Part shown: positions 30,031 to 40,222 of the stretch, one piece after another
Position numbering within the stretch: the stretch's first letter is position 1
Layout of the letters: the number at the start of each line of letters is the position of its first letter
NCBI GenBank assembly: GCA_016783125.1
Contig: JADHXE010000001.1
Span: 124 to 64,123, forward strand
Reading direction: 5' to 3'
DNA length: 64,000 nucleotides
From: Anaerolineales bacterium
GTDB taxonomy: Bacteria > Chloroflexota > Anaerolineae > Anaerolineales > UBA11858
The notes under the pieces: model-generated
The model's database searches: none
Told to the model about the DNA's origin: nothing
What the model saw: only the letters and a program-made list of their open reading frames with translations
Translations under genes and position numbers: made by a program

Positions 30031-30152
30031 ACTCGGTTGGGAATATCTCAGCCCAGATCGATAATCTCATTATGGGGCAGATTGGGTGATTGTCAACACC
30101 CCCTGCCCCATTTGGCGGCATAATACGCTTATCATAGGCGGCATAATACGCT

Positions 30153-30494
30153 TTACAGATCAGCCGGGCTTTGTGCATCGCACACCTCCTCAAGCTCTCC
30201 GGCCAGAAAAGCTACCAGCCGCGATAGTTCCAACAAATCCGTCACTCGAAAAGCCGATCGCCCGGCTGCCAGGCTCACAAAAGGGTCCACAGGAGCCAGA
30301 CTGGTCCACACCAGGGGCAACGAACACAGTGTCCCGTCTTCGTCATGGTGGTACACGCGCTCTTCTCCCCAGTTGCAACGACGCGTGACCAGCTCAATAA
30401 CCTTTCCGCTCAGAGGGTGAAATGGGTGGGTTACCTTAAAAGTTTCGGCCTCACCGTTCAATAACGGTGTAGTTGACGGTGTAGACCAATTCAT
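30153..30494 (-). CDS. Small conserved mobile-element-associated protein (unknown function)
   Basis: 113 aa, 'FKVTHPFHPLSGKVIELVTRRCNWGEERVYHHDEDGTLCSLPLVWT'. It is the first gene of the small-ORF/HTH/serine-recombinase string. Confidence 0.45.
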   Translation of the reverse strand: MNWSTPSTTPLLNGEAETFKVTHPFHPLSGKVIELVTRRCNWGEERVYHHDEDGTLCSLPLVWTSLAPVDPFVSLAAGRSAFRVTDLLELSRLVAFLAGELEEVCDAQSPADL

Positions 30495-30763
30495 TCTGTG
30501 AGCGCTTCATTGGCAGCCTGAGGCGTGAATGCCTGGACCACATGCTCATTCTCCATCGCCACCAACTGCATCGTATTGTGCAAGCTTATATCGAATACTA
30601 CAACTGCTCCAGACCACTTCAAGGCATCGGGCAGCAGATCCCGAATGACTTCGTCGAGAACAGCCCCTGGCCCATAGGCCAGCCTGGGGGAAGAATCACC
30701 TCTACACCCGTCCTGGGCGGACTCCACCACAGCTACGCTCGGACTGCTGTCAGTACGAACTGA
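30485..30763 (+). pseudogene. C-terminal fragment of an rve/integrase-core transposase
   Basis: 'NSFCERFIGSLRRECLDHMLILHRHQLHRIVQAYIEYYNCSRPLQGIGQQIP' is the typical tail of DDE integrase-core transposases. There is no upstream part; the frame opens just after a stop at 30482-30484. Confidence 0.7.
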
Positions 30764-31375
30764 CTGCAGTCCCATATTAGCAATTGCTCTCAGTCACAGG
30801 CCACCAACGAATTGTTGATGGCCTGTCTGTGTTTTGCTGGTTCCTGAAAATGTCCGCTTTTAGTGTTTTTCTGCGCTCCGCTTTTTACGCTTCGATCCAT
30901 TATTCGCTTGCGAACTCAGGATTTGGTTGGCCTGCTGGCAAAAACCAACCGAGAATCAATCTGAAACCCCGTGGATGAGTTATGTAGCCAGCACAGGACA
31001 GAAATCGGCGTCGGTGTGTAGGTCTTATTTTTCAGAAAGAAACCATTGAGTGTGCTTTCAAGCACACTTTTTTTGTTTTACAATGTGCACGCTTTCGTTT
31101 TTCAGTACTTTTCGCGTACTGAATGCATTTTATCTGAAGTCGTAAGAACGTAAGTCATATTTCGAGAAATCTACCTGTAAATATTGTTGCCCTCTTCGGG
31201 GGCGATATCATAGTTGGGATATGCAATTGCAAGTTCGGACTAACAAATACATCATCCTGAATAACCAGACCAGGAGTTTTGGCTTTCCAAATGCCCAATT
31301 AGTATGATTTTTGGCCGTTTATTTGCCAGAAGGGCTCGGATGAAGTTACGTACCCTACGAACCCCTAATCTATCA

Positions 31376-31732
31376 CTAAACAGGTTCTCGCTTACCAAGA
31401 CTCTCAGCCAAAAACGTTATTACTAAGGAATTCATGCTAATTCCCTCCCGTTTTGCTCGCACCGCTAAACGCGCATGAAGACTCTTGGGAACACGCTGTA
31501 TAAACTTTCCGCTATACCCACCCCCGCTCCCGGGTTCAGGAACATGAAATCCCATATCTTCTAACGCAGCAATTGTTTCTTGTAATGCATCAAAACCGTT
31601 TTGTATTGCTTCTTCGGGAGTTTCACCATCGGATATACATTCCGAGAAATCTGGAAATGAAATCAAGAAACCGCCACCATCTTCTTCACTCAATGGGCGT
31701 ACTTCAAAAGGATATTGACTTAATTCTCTCAT
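31376..31732 (-). CDS. hicB: HicB-family antitoxin
   Basis: 118 aa. The HicB N-domain is 'YPFEVRPLSEEDGGGFLISFPDF..CISDGETPEEA'. The C-terminal RHH-like part is 'FIQRVPKSLHARLAVRAKREGISMNSL'. Confidence 0.85.
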   Translation of the reverse strand: MRELSQYPFEVRPLSEEDGGGFLISFPDFSECISDGETPEEAIQNGFDALQETIAALEDMGFHVPEPGSGGGYSGKFIQRVPKSLHARLAVRAKREGISMNSLVITFLAESLGKREPV

Positions 31733-31735
31733 AGT

Positions 31736-31960
31736 TCACTCGGTTACAAATTCGACAAATTTCTTGATGAAAATCGGCTTGATGGGGCGACGTGCGGGAA
31801 CCGGTAATGTTCGCCCATCTGATCGGATAAATACAACATGGCTGGTGCCTTTTTGTCTCCATTCAATATCGTTTGCGCGTGCTATTGTTTTTAGATTATC
31901 AATCCGCCAATCTCGGGGATTGTTGCGCATCTTTTGTAAAAGTTTGTCTGATCTGCTCAC
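31736..31960 (-). CDS. hicA: HicA-family mRNA-interferase toxin
   Basis: 74 aa, 'WRQKGTSHVVFIRSDGRTLPVPARRPIKPIFIKKF'. It lies 3 nt upstream of hicB. Confidence 0.8.
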   Translation of the reverse strand: MSRSDKLLQKMRNNPRDWRIDNLKTIARANDIEWRQKGTSHVVFIRSDGRTLPVPARRPIKPIFIKKFVEFVTE

Positions 31961-32180
31961 GAAACAATGATACTATATATGATAGCAAAATGCAAGACAG
32001 CGGAAAGTCCCAAGTATTAGATTCTAGGCGTAATTATTGTGTGTGAAGTTTTTGTACCTAGGGGAATCGTAGCAGTACGAAGGTATCTGCGGGCCTTCCA
32101 GAAGCCTTCTAACAAATGAAGCAAAATCATCAACCCCAGATTTGATCCAAGATACTCTACATAAAGCATCTCGGACTATT

Positions 32181-32396
32181 CTAGACGATTTTACCCATTC
32201 TTTCGCTTCGAATCCCCCTTACGGGTTGATAGCGACGCTTTCCACAATTTCGGCGAACTTCCCGACTGATGGTTGATTTATGCACGCCGAGAACAATTGC
32301 TATTTCTGTTTGTGAATGTTCCATTTTCAACAACGTATATATCTGGTATCTTTGTGCTTGGGTAAGCTGAGTGTAGATCATGCCAAAGGCACGCAA
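32181..32396 (-). pseudogene. IS30-family transposase, N-terminal HTH fragment
   Basis: 'LTQAQRYQIYTLLKMEHSQTEIAIVLGVHKSTISREVRRN' is present. No DDE domain follows. Confidence 0.7.
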
Positions 32397-32529
32397 AGCG
32401 AGTGCTCCTTTGACTTTGGTCGGTCTTGGAGACTTATCCTACCTAAGCTTGCCTCTTTTGACCGCCTTGTCGTTGCACTTATGAGTTGAATCTAAGGACT
32501 AAATAAATGATGCTCCACATAGGAAATAT

Positions 32530-33819
32530 ATGACAAAGTTGAGCACGCATATGACAACTCTGAAATTTTGGCAGTGGCGTATTGTTGTTATGGGCTGGTT
32601 CACTTATGCTTCTTATTATTTGGGCCGAGTCAATTTATCCATTGCTATACCGGACCTTCGTGAGAGCCTCAACCTCTCCTCGCAGGAGGTCGGTTTGTTG
32701 GGCAGTGGGTTCTTTTTGTCCTATGCCTTTGGTCAATTAATTAGTGGCCATTTGGGTGATCGTATTAGCCCTCGCTTATTGGTGTTCGGTGGCATGCTTT
32801 TGTCAACCGTCATGAATTTGGTTTTTGGATCAGTTGCCATTTGGGGTCTAATGCTGGTTGTGTGGACGGCAAATGGCTTTTTCCAATCAACAGGCTGGGC
32901 GCCAATTTTAAAGGTCTTGGCTAATTGGCACTCTACAGAACAACGGAGAAAAGTTGCCGGCATCTATGCTACCAGCTTTGTTGCTGGTAATGCGCTAACT
33001 TGGTTTCTAACCGGTTGGTTGGTCGCCAATCTTGGTTGGCGGGCTGCCTTTTGGATCCCAGGGGCTCTGATGGGCGTGGTTGCTTTGGCTTGGTACCAAT
33101 TGATTAGGGACACACCACAGGATGCAGGTTTTATAAATCCACTGTGGTTTGCAAAAGAAACTAATAAATCGAGAATGCAAGAAGATCCACAACCTAACAT
33201 GCTGCATATTCTAAAATACTTTTGGCCTTTGGCGTTAGCGGCCGTTACTGGCGGAATGCTACTTTTCGCCCTTATTATATGGGGGCCAACTTACTTTGTC
33301 GACATGCATGGATTAGGAATCGGTACTGCCGCTAATATTTCGATACTTTTTCCTATTGCTGGAACAATTGGGACTCTTGCTATTAGCTGGCTTGTGGCAG
33401 GCCCCTTGTGCTGCAAGGAAATCTTTTTTGGGGCCGTTACCTTCCTTGTAGTTGGTGGCCTTTTGTTTCTGTTTCCGATAGTTTCTACTTCGCTCTTGAT
33501 GAGTGCGACACTATTAGTCTTGGTGGGCAGCATATTATATGGGGTGAATACCATCATTACCACTATTTTGCCTATGGTACTGAGTGATCGTCAGGAGGTC
33601 TCTACTGTAGCAGGGCTAATTGATTTTGCGTTTAACATAGGTGCAAGTTTGGCTGGAGTCGGCGTTGGTACTATTGTGGATAAGTTTTCATGGTCAGCCG
33701 TGTTCACTGTCCTTAGTATAGGGGCGATTTTGACCAGTTTTTTTCTCGCACTCTTTGCATTTTGGACAAATAGATTACGCGGTAGAAGTATTTTAAATTT
33801 CAAACAAAGAGTTCTATAG
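32530..33819 (+). CDS. MFS transporter (organophosphate/sugar-phosphate antiporter-like)
   Basis: 12 TM segments. 'GHLGDRISPR' is an MFS motif A, and 'YYLGRVNLSIAIP' is typical of UhpC/GlpT-like members. Confidence 0.8.
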   Translation: MTKLSTHMTTLKFWQWRIVVMGWFTYASYYLGRVNLSIAIPDLRESLNLSSQEVGLLGSGFFLSYAFGQLISGHLGDRISPRLLVFGGMLLSTVMNLVFGSVAIWGLMLVVWTANGFFQSTGWAPILKVLANWHSTEQRRKVAGIYATSFVAGNALTWFLTGWLVANLGWRAAFWIPGALMGVVALAWYQLIRDTPQDAGFINPLWFAKETNKSRMQEDPQPNMLHILKYFWPLALAAVTGGMLLFALIIWGPTYFVDMHGLGIGTAANISILFPIAGTIGTLAISWLVAGPLCCKEIFFGAVTFLVVGGLLFLFPIVSTSLLMSATLLVLVGSILYGVNTIITTILPMVLSDRQEVSTVAGLIDFAFNIGASLAGVGVGTIVDKFSWSAVFTVLSIGAILTSFFLALFAFWTNRLRGRSILNFKQRVL

Positions 33820-33861
33820 TTTGAATACTTCTATACTGCGCCCCAAATGCTGGAAACGAAA

Positions 33862-33913
33862 TTCAGTAGATCAAAAATGGCGAAACTGTGATCTACTGAA
33901 ATTGATGTTTTTT
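33862..33913 (+). terminator. Rho-independent terminator of the MFS gene
   Basis: The 11-bp stem is TTCAGTAGATC / GATCTACTGAA, followed by a T6 run. Confidence 0.6.
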
Positions 33914-34198
33914 AGTGAACAAATGAACCCCTTTTTTACCACAAATTGATTCGTTTATAGTTATTTGGACCATACGGGATACCCACCCAAAATGATGAGG
34001 CTACGGAAGGTATGGCAACCTGCCCTACAACTGGCTCACGTCGAACACAGATGACTTCAGGAAAGGAAATCCTCAAGCAATGCCAACAATACCGGGCATA
34101 ACTCATCAGCTCGAGCATCTTTCGAAGCACCTTGTGGCAGCCACGCCACCTTCCCGCAGGAATAGGCGAAATCGCAGAGAGTAGAAAAAGCATCGAGG

Positions 34199-35572
34199 TC
34201 AGGGATTCCCCCAAATCAAGAAATCATCCTCGACACATATCTCGCCATCCGCCAAGTGAGCAATACAAACAGAATATTGGATACTTGTTCCGTGTGGGGC
34301 GGATATCGGATCCAACTCAAAGAAAGCCTTACCATCTTCTCTTGTTGGTTCTGTTGAATAGATTTGCAAGTTCCCATCCGGCAATATCAAGGTGAGCACC
34401 AATTCGACATTTTCCATTGGCCGAAGCCCGTTATAAACAGCCACGCTAATCAGTTGAGGTTCATCTGGAGAGATTAGCGGATACCCTTCCCAAACTTCAA
34501 GAGTGATAGGCTGTGATGCGTCTGATATATCTGGTGCTGATACACTTGCCTGATAGTAGCGACTCTTGTAGAGATAACCCAAGAGAGTAGGTTTAACTTG
34601 CAACCCCTCGGGGCTATTGGGGTAATGATCCAGGCAAAGGTTTAGGAAACATTGTCGGAAGACATCATCACCTTGCCGTTCATACCCGGTAACCGCTGGG
34701 CCGGAGAATTCCAACCCGGAATTTTGATTTAGATACTCCATGAAGAATTCTGGAATATCAAATTCACCATCAGGCGAAACTTCCACCCCAAGCATGGCTG
34801 TGATCGGGCGTAATGCAATTTCTCCAGGTCGTTCGGGGGCTGCTATGATGACCATATTCTCAAAGATTTGTTCCAGTTGCCCATCAGGAGCAGTATGTGG
34901 TTCGGTAAGCGGCTTGCCAACAAACTGGGGGGGCAATCTTTGAACAGCCTGCGCGAAGGGGGTATCAACCACGCTGGATAGCATGACTGAATCTTCTTCA
35001 AGTGACTCATATGCACAAACATCCCCACACATCCAGGCCCCATAACCGAGGAGACGGATCTCACCGAGTGGGTCAGACTCTAATTGATAGAACCCTAAGT
35101 TCTCGAAATATTGCTCGACGCCTCCACGTTCAGGGTTGTAACGAACGTCAGTCAAGGGCAATCCCACAACCTGAGCACCACCGAGTTGTTCGTAGAAACC
35201 CTGAAAATCCGAAAAAATCGCATGCCCCCCGGGCGCGCCTGGATTTTTGGGAGGCTCGGCGATGCCTATTTCGACACCAATGGGCGCCAGTTGAAAACTC
35301 TGATCGCTCGTGGCTTGCGGGTCGCAAACCATAAGCGCAGCGGTAGTGTATTGGTATTCTCTGCCGTTTTGTGAAAATTTTGGGGAAATCGGGGGCCCTA
35401 AAACACCTTCTCCACCTAACAGATCATAAAAGTGGCTAAATCGCGTGTCTACCACCCTGCTGGTTTGGTTGGACTGATCAGGGTTATTGTACGCATCTTG
35501 ACCAGACTGACAGGCAGACGTCATGGTGACGAGAAACCCAAGCCAGATCAATCTAATAATTTGCATAAACAA
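34199..35572 (-). CDS. Secreted lipoprotein of unknown function (repeats reminiscent of LGFP-type modules)
   Basis: The signal plus lipobox is 'VTMTSAC'. Repeated 'F..FY..LGG..V.G.P.' segments are present. Confidence 0.6.
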   Translation of the reverse strand: MFMQIIRLIWLGFLVTMTSACQSGQDAYNNPDQSNQTSRVVDTRFSHFYDLLGGEGVLGPPISPKFSQNGREYQYTTAALMVCDPQATSDQSFQLAPIGVEIGIAEPPKNPGAPGGHAIFSDFQGFYEQLGGAQVVGLPLTDVRYNPERGGVEQYFENLGFYQLESDPLGEIRLLGYGAWMCGDVCAYESLEEDSVMLSSVVDTPFAQAVQRLPPQFVGKPLTEPHTAPDGQLEQIFENMVIIAAPERPGEIALRPITAMLGVEVSPDGEFDIPEFFMEYLNQNSGLEFSGPAVTGYERQGDDVFRQCFLNLCLDHYPNSPEGLQVKPTLLGYLYKSRYYQASVSAPDISDASQPITLEVWEGYPLISPDEPQLISVAVYNGLRPMENVELVLTLILPDGNLQIYSTEPTREDGKAFFELDPISAPHGTSIQYSVCIAHLADGEICVEDDFLIWGNP

Positions 35573-35625
35573 TTTCCTCCAAAATAACTAAAGTACTGCG
35601 CATAACTTGCTGCTTAGAAATCTGG

Positions 35626-36039
35626 TTATGAAAAATCATCGTAAATCCCACCATCATCCCTCAATACTGACAAGATGGCAGGAATCAGATCAGTGTACAG
35701 CTTATGTTTTAGCACACAAGCATCTGCGCCAGCATCTGCTGCCAGAGATTGATAAATCCCATCCTCGTGTATCGTCAGGAAAATGACAAGTGTATCTGGA
35801 AATAATATTTTGATATGCTTTGTGGTTTCAATGCCAGTCATATTGGGAAGAAAGATATCCATCAAGACAAGTTCAGGGGATTTTGATTGAAGGATATCTA
35901 AAGCTTCCTCACCACTACCAGCTTCGATGATCGTGAGTTTTGTAAATTGTTCAGACAGCCATTGGCGCAAGGTTTTGCGCATGAATTCGTTATCAATGAT
36001 CATTAGCATAGAAATAGGTTGAGAAATTGATCTTTTCAT
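35626..36039 (-). CDS. Single-domain response regulator (receiver)
   Basis: 'LMIIDNE', 'LVLMDIFLPNMTG' and 'IFLTIHED' are present. No output domain. Confidence 0.85.
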   Translation of the reverse strand: MKRSISQPISMLMIIDNEFMRKTLRQWLSEQFTKLTIIEAGSGEEALDILQSKSPELVLMDIFLPNMTGIETTKHIKILFPDTLVIFLTIHEDGIYQSLAADAGADACVLKHKLYTDLIPAILSVLRDDGGIYDDFS

Positions 36040-36045
36040 ATTCAG

Positions 36046-39000
36046 TTAGCCAGAAATGTTGTCTGACAACAGATCAAGAAAGGCTTCTACCACACGGGGA
36101 TCGAAGTGTTTTCCGGCTTGTTCCTGGATGTGTGTGATGATTTCCTCTTTGGGCCAGGCATCGCGATAGGGACGCTCAGAACTGAGCGCGTCCCAGACAT
36201 CTACAACGGCGAAGATGCGGGCGGGCGAGGGGATTTTCTCACCATCCAGACCGAACGGGTAACCAGTGCCGTCCCATTTCTCGTGGTGGTAATAGGGAAT
36301 ATCTAAAGCCGGGCGCAAATAACCGATGGATGACAAAAAGTTATATGCATAAACCGGATGCTGCCGCATGATTTCCCATTCTTTGTCGGTGAGTGGACCA
36401 GGTTTGTGCAAGATACTGTCTGGTACACCCATCTTCCCGATATCGTGCAACAAAGCGCCACGGCGAACATGCGCCAATTCTTTCTTGCTCATCCCCATGG
36501 CTTGCGCTAATTGCATGGTCATCTCGGTGACGCGCTGGCTGTGGCCATCGGTTTCCATATCGCGCATTTCTAAAGCCCGAGACCAACCTTCCAGGGTAGT
36601 GTCATATGCTATGGTAATTTCTGTGTTCGAGCGTTGTAGATCCATAAAGAGGGTGGCATTATCAATCGCAATAGCAGCCTGCCCCGCCAGCGTCTCCAGA
36701 AAATCCATCCAATCTTTGTCGGGGGCGAAGGGAGTGCGGTGAAAGATTTCCAGTACGCCTTTGATTGCTCCTTTAGCAACCAGCGGTACGCCAAAATAGA
36801 CCACAAACTTCTCTTGCTGTAGCAATGGAGAACGTAAAAAACCAGTCTCGCTATTCTGAAAATCAGGAATATGGACAATTCTTCGTTTCAGGGCAGCCTG
36901 GCCAGCATGGCTCTCACCTAATCGTAAGCTCGTATGCTTTAGCGCTTCTGTACGGAAGCCCCTCCCGGCAAAGTATTCCAGAGTTTGGATAGAGGCGTTG
37001 CATAGCAACACATTCGCAGCATCCACCGCCAACCGGGTTATAACCTGATCGAGTAACACATCCAGGGTAATGCGCAAATCCACACTGCCGGAGATGGCCT
37101 GATCGATTTTCCGTAGAGCCTCCAAATGTTGCAACTGGCGGCGAATGCGTTCTTCTGCCTGCTTGCGCCTGGAAATGTCTTCAATATTACCTTCGTAGTA
37201 GAGGAGCGCACCATGCGTGTCCAGTACAGCGCGGGCGTTCTCCGAAACCCACGTCACACTGCCATCCTTGCGGTATACCTGAAACTCAAACGTTGATATC
37301 TCACCTTGCTCATCCATCAAGCGCCTGAACTCTTCACACTGCTTAGGGTCAACATAAATTTGATGGGTGATGTCGTTGATGCTGGTGATCAGGTCATCAG
37401 GCGAGGCATAGCCTAAAATGCCAGCTAAAGCAGGATTGACCGTAATGAAGCGACCTTCGGGTGTGCTCTGGAAGATGCCTTCTAGGGAGTTCTCAAAGAT
37501 GTTGCGATATTTCTCTTCGGCCTGACGCACCGCCTGCTGCGCCAGCGCCCGCTTGGTGATGTCGCGATTGCTCCCTCGTCTTCCAAGAAATTCTCCATCG
37601 CTGCTGAAAACCGGCCGACAAATATGTTCAATCCAACGGGTTTCACCATCGCGAGTAACGATCCGAAATTCAAACGACACCGCTTCGTCGACACCAAACT
37701 CCTCACCAAAGTGTTGGTGGATGTGAGCCTGATCTTCGGGATGGATCAGTGAACCTAATAGCTCAGGGCTATTGTCAAATTCTTCTGGTTGATAGCCAGT
37801 GATACGCTCACATGCGGGAGAGATGTATTTGTAGTTTCCATCGGGATCGATCCAGTATTCCCAGTCGTGGGTAAAGTTCGCCACGGTTCGATATCGTTCT
37901 TCATTTTCCTGAAGAGCATTTTCTGCCAGCTTGCGCCGCATCACCTCTTCTAGCTGTGCGGTTACCGAGGATACCAACTCGATCACCTGATTATCCTCTT
38001 GGCGAGCTTCTGAAATATAGTAAACCAGAACCGCGATCACCTCCTCACCTACAATGAGGGGGACTCCGAAGGCGGTTTTCAAACCTGTTTCTGTTGCTTC
38101 CCTGGCACGGAGATAAACATCCTCCTGTGTTGCTGTTATGTCTGGAATCCATTCAGGCTGCCTGGAAGCCCACACTCTCCCAGGTAAGCCGACGTTGGGT
38201 TGAAATTTGATTTCCTCACTAATCTGCCTGAATTTCTGCACCTTTTCTGGATTGCTGCTGTACCAAACAGGGACACACTCAAGAGCGGAGCCATCATCGC
38301 CGGGTGTCCACGCCTCTCCATAATCCCATTTTGCAACTTCACCCACCCTGCGCAGCACAAACTCAATCGCGGAGTGAAAGTCAGGAGCTTCGCTGACCAC
38401 TCGCGTCAACTCAAATAAGAGGCGGAGTTCTTCCTCTCCCAGTTTACGCTCAGTGATATCTTCCGCAATTGAAAGCAATCTTTGTTTGCCTGCGACCGTA
38501 ATCACCTCTCCAAAGTACAGACAATAGAACGTTTCCCCAGATTTTTTTTGTAAAGCCAACTCCATTCCGTCAACTTTTCCCTCTGATAGTAATGTTTGCT
38601 TTAACTTCTCTCGATCTTCCTTAGCGATAAAACCCAAATCCACCGAAGTGGTACCGATAGACTCCTCTCTGCTGTATCCCGTAACACAAGCGAAGTTCTC
38701 GTTGACCTCGAGGTAAGTGCCATCCTCAATCTTGCTGATGGTCATAAGCAGAGGGCCGCTATGAAATGCTTTGGAAAACTGCTCTTCAGAAATAAGCAGC
38801 GTATTCTCCGCTCGTTTGCGCTCAATGGCGTAGCGCATGGATCGTTCCAGTTCATGAGTACTAAACTGACCCTTGACCAAATAATCAGCTGCCCCAGCAC
38901 TCATTGCAGCCACGTCGACCTCATGATCCCCCTGACCCGTTAGAATGATGATGGGTATCTGGCATCCCCTGGAGATGGCTTCCCCCAACAAATCCAGACC

Positions 39001-39201
39001 ATCCAGTTCCCCGAGGCGGTAGTCCACCAGGCAGACATCGTGCTGATCGGTTCCCAGCTTCTCTAAGCCAGCAGCGTAGGTGGCAACCCAGTCCAGGTTG
39101 TAGCTTGTGGTTTTTATCTCGTTCAGGTAATCGCGAGTGAGGATGTAATCATCATCATCATCCTCGATCAATAACACCTTTATTTGATCTTTCGATACCA
39201 T
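36046..39201 (-). CDS. Response regulator with PAS/GAF sensor array and HD-GYP phosphodiesterase output
   Basis: REC is 'VLLIEDDDDD..DVCLVDYRLGELDG'. PAS and GAF segments follow. HD-GYP is 'HDIGKMGVPDSIL' and 'HHEKWDGTGYPFGL'. Confidence 0.85.
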   Translation of the reverse strand: MVSKDQIKVLLIEDDDDDYILTRDYLNEIKTTSYNLDWVATYAAGLEKLGTDQHDVCLVDYRLGELDGLDLLGEAISRGCQIPIIILTGQGDHEVDVAAMSAGAADYLVKGQFSTHELERSMRYAIERKRAENTLLISEEQFSKAFHSGPLLMTISKIEDGTYLEVNENFACVTGYSREESIGTTSVDLGFIAKEDREKLKQTLLSEGKVDGMELALQKKSGETFYCLYFGEVITVAGKQRLLSIAEDITERKLGEEELRLLFELTRVVSEAPDFHSAIEFVLRRVGEVAKWDYGEAWTPGDDGSALECVPVWYSSNPEKVQKFRQISEEIKFQPNVGLPGRVWASRQPEWIPDITATQEDVYLRAREATETGLKTAFGVPLIVGEEVIAVLVYYISEARQEDNQVIELVSSVTAQLEEVMRRKLAENALQENEERYRTVANFTHDWEYWIDPDGNYKYISPACERITGYQPEEFDNSPELLGSLIHPEDQAHIHQHFGEEFGVDEAVSFEFRIVTRDGETRWIEHICRPVFSSDGEFLGRRGSNRDITKRALAQQAVRQAEEKYRNIFENSLEGIFQSTPEGRFITVNPALAGILGYASPDDLITSINDITHQIYVDPKQCEEFRRLMDEQGEISTFEFQVYRKDGSVTWVSENARAVLDTHGALLYYEGNIEDISRRKQAEERIRRQLQHLEALRKIDQAISGSVDLRITLDVLLDQVITRLAVDAANVLLCNASIQTLEYFAGRGFRTEALKHTSLRLGESHAGQAALKRRIVHIPDFQNSETGFLRSPLLQQEKFVVYFGVPLVAKGAIKGVLEIFHRTPFAPDKDWMDFLETLAGQAAIAIDNATLFMDLQRSNTEITIAYDTTLEGWSRALEMRDMETDGHSQRVTEMTMQLAQAMGMSKKELAHVRRGALLHDIGKMGVPDSILHKPGPLTDKEWEIMRQHPVYAYNFLSSIGYLRPALDIPYYHHEKWDGTGYPFGLDGEKIPSPARIFAVVDVWDALSSERPYRDAWPKEEIITHIQEQAGKHFDPRVVEAFLDLLSDNISG

Positions 39202-39308
39202 TTTCGACCTCCTCTCGATCAGCTTACAATCGAGCGGTAGTTTCTTACCTGCCGTTCCCGGCGGCTATGGTCCCACCGGGATGCTTCGCGAAAAGCCGCC
39301 CTACGTAT

Positions 39309-39758
39309 TTATGATGGCGGCAGTTCGACGATTTGGAACCAGTATCTGCCAATCGCTTTTATCACCTCGACCAATCCATCGAAGCTCACCGGCTTGGTGA
39401 CGAAGCCGCCCACGCCCAGGTCGTAGGATTTGAGGATGTCCTCCTCGGCTTTGGAGGTGGTCAGCACTACGATGGGGATGCGTCTCAAGTCGGGGTCAAC
39501 TTTGATCTCTGCCAGGGCCTCGCGACCGTCCATGCGGGGCATGTTCAAGTCGAGCAGGATCAGGCCAGGGCGCGGGGCAGTCTGAGGATTTGCATAGGCT
39601 CCGCGCTGGTGAAGATAATCCAGCAATTCGAGGCCGTCTTCCACAAAGTGAAGATCGTTGACCAGGCGGCTTTCAGCTAAAGCATCTTTGGTCAACAGGC
39701 GGTCATCCGGGTCGTCCTCGGCTATTAAAATCGTGACCGGTCGATATTTTTTGTTCAT
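39309..39758 (-). CDS. Single-domain response regulator (Rcp1-like), paralog B
   Basis: 'ILIAEDDPDDRLLTKDALAESRL', 'LILLDLNMPRMDGREAL', 'VVLTTSKAEEDI'. The likely start is at 39758. Confidence 0.85.
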   Translation of the reverse strand: MNKKYRPVTILIAEDDPDDRLLTKDALAESRLVNDLHFVEDGLELLDYLHQRGAYANPQTAPRPGLILLDLNMPRMDGREALAEIKVDPDLRRIPIVVLTTSKAEEDILKSYDLGVGGFVTKPVSFDGLVEVIKAIGRYWFQIVELPPS

Positions 39759-39763
39759 AAGCG

Positions 39764-40222
39764 TTACCTTCGTTTTCTCGGTGGCAGCTTGACGATCGAA
39801 AACCAATATTCTCCAACGATCCTCATGGCCTCGATCAGCCCGTCGAAGGTGATCGGCTTGGTGATAAATCCACTCACACCCAGGTCGTAGGATCTCAAGA
39901 CATCTTCCTCAGCTTTGGATGTGGTCAATACCACAATAGGGATACGGCGTAGTTTGGAGTCAGCTTTGATTGCCTCTAGCGCTTCGCGACCGTCCATGCG
40001 GGGCATGTTCAAGTCGAGTAGGATGATGTCGGGTTGGGGTGAATCAACCGAGCTGGCGTACTTACCACGCTGGTTGAGATAGTCCAGAAGCTCGATCCCA
40101 TCTTCCACAAAGTAAATGCCGTTAGTCAGGCGGCTTTCAGTCAAAGCTTCCTGGGTTAGAAGACGATCATCGGGGTCGTCTTCAGCCATCAGGATCGTGA
40201 TGGGTTGAAATGGATCATTCAT
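39764..40222 (-). CDS. Single-domain response regulator (Rcp1-like), paralog A
   Basis: 'ILMAEDDPDDRLLTQEALTESRL', 'IILLDLNMPRMDGREAL'. Its start overlaps the end of the kinase gene by 8 nt. Confidence 0.85.
   Translation of the reverse strand: MNDPFQPITILMAEDDPDDRLLTQEALTESRLTNGIYFVEDGIELLDYLNQRGKYASSVDSPQPDIILLDLNMPRMDGREALEAIKADSKLRRIPIVVLTTSKAEEDVLRSYDLGVSGFITKPITFDGLIEAMRIVGEYWFSIVKLPPRKRR

Noticed and set aside
28949-31018. Similar 25-nt strings, GGACAGAAATC(A/G)G(T/C)(A/G)TCGGTGT at 28949 and 30990, might be direct repeats bounding the mobile-element wreck.
   Set aside because: Only 18 of 22 positions match. The right copy lies ~500 bp beyond the apparent insertion boundary (~30490). 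No target-site-duplication logic fits, so the evidence is insufficient.
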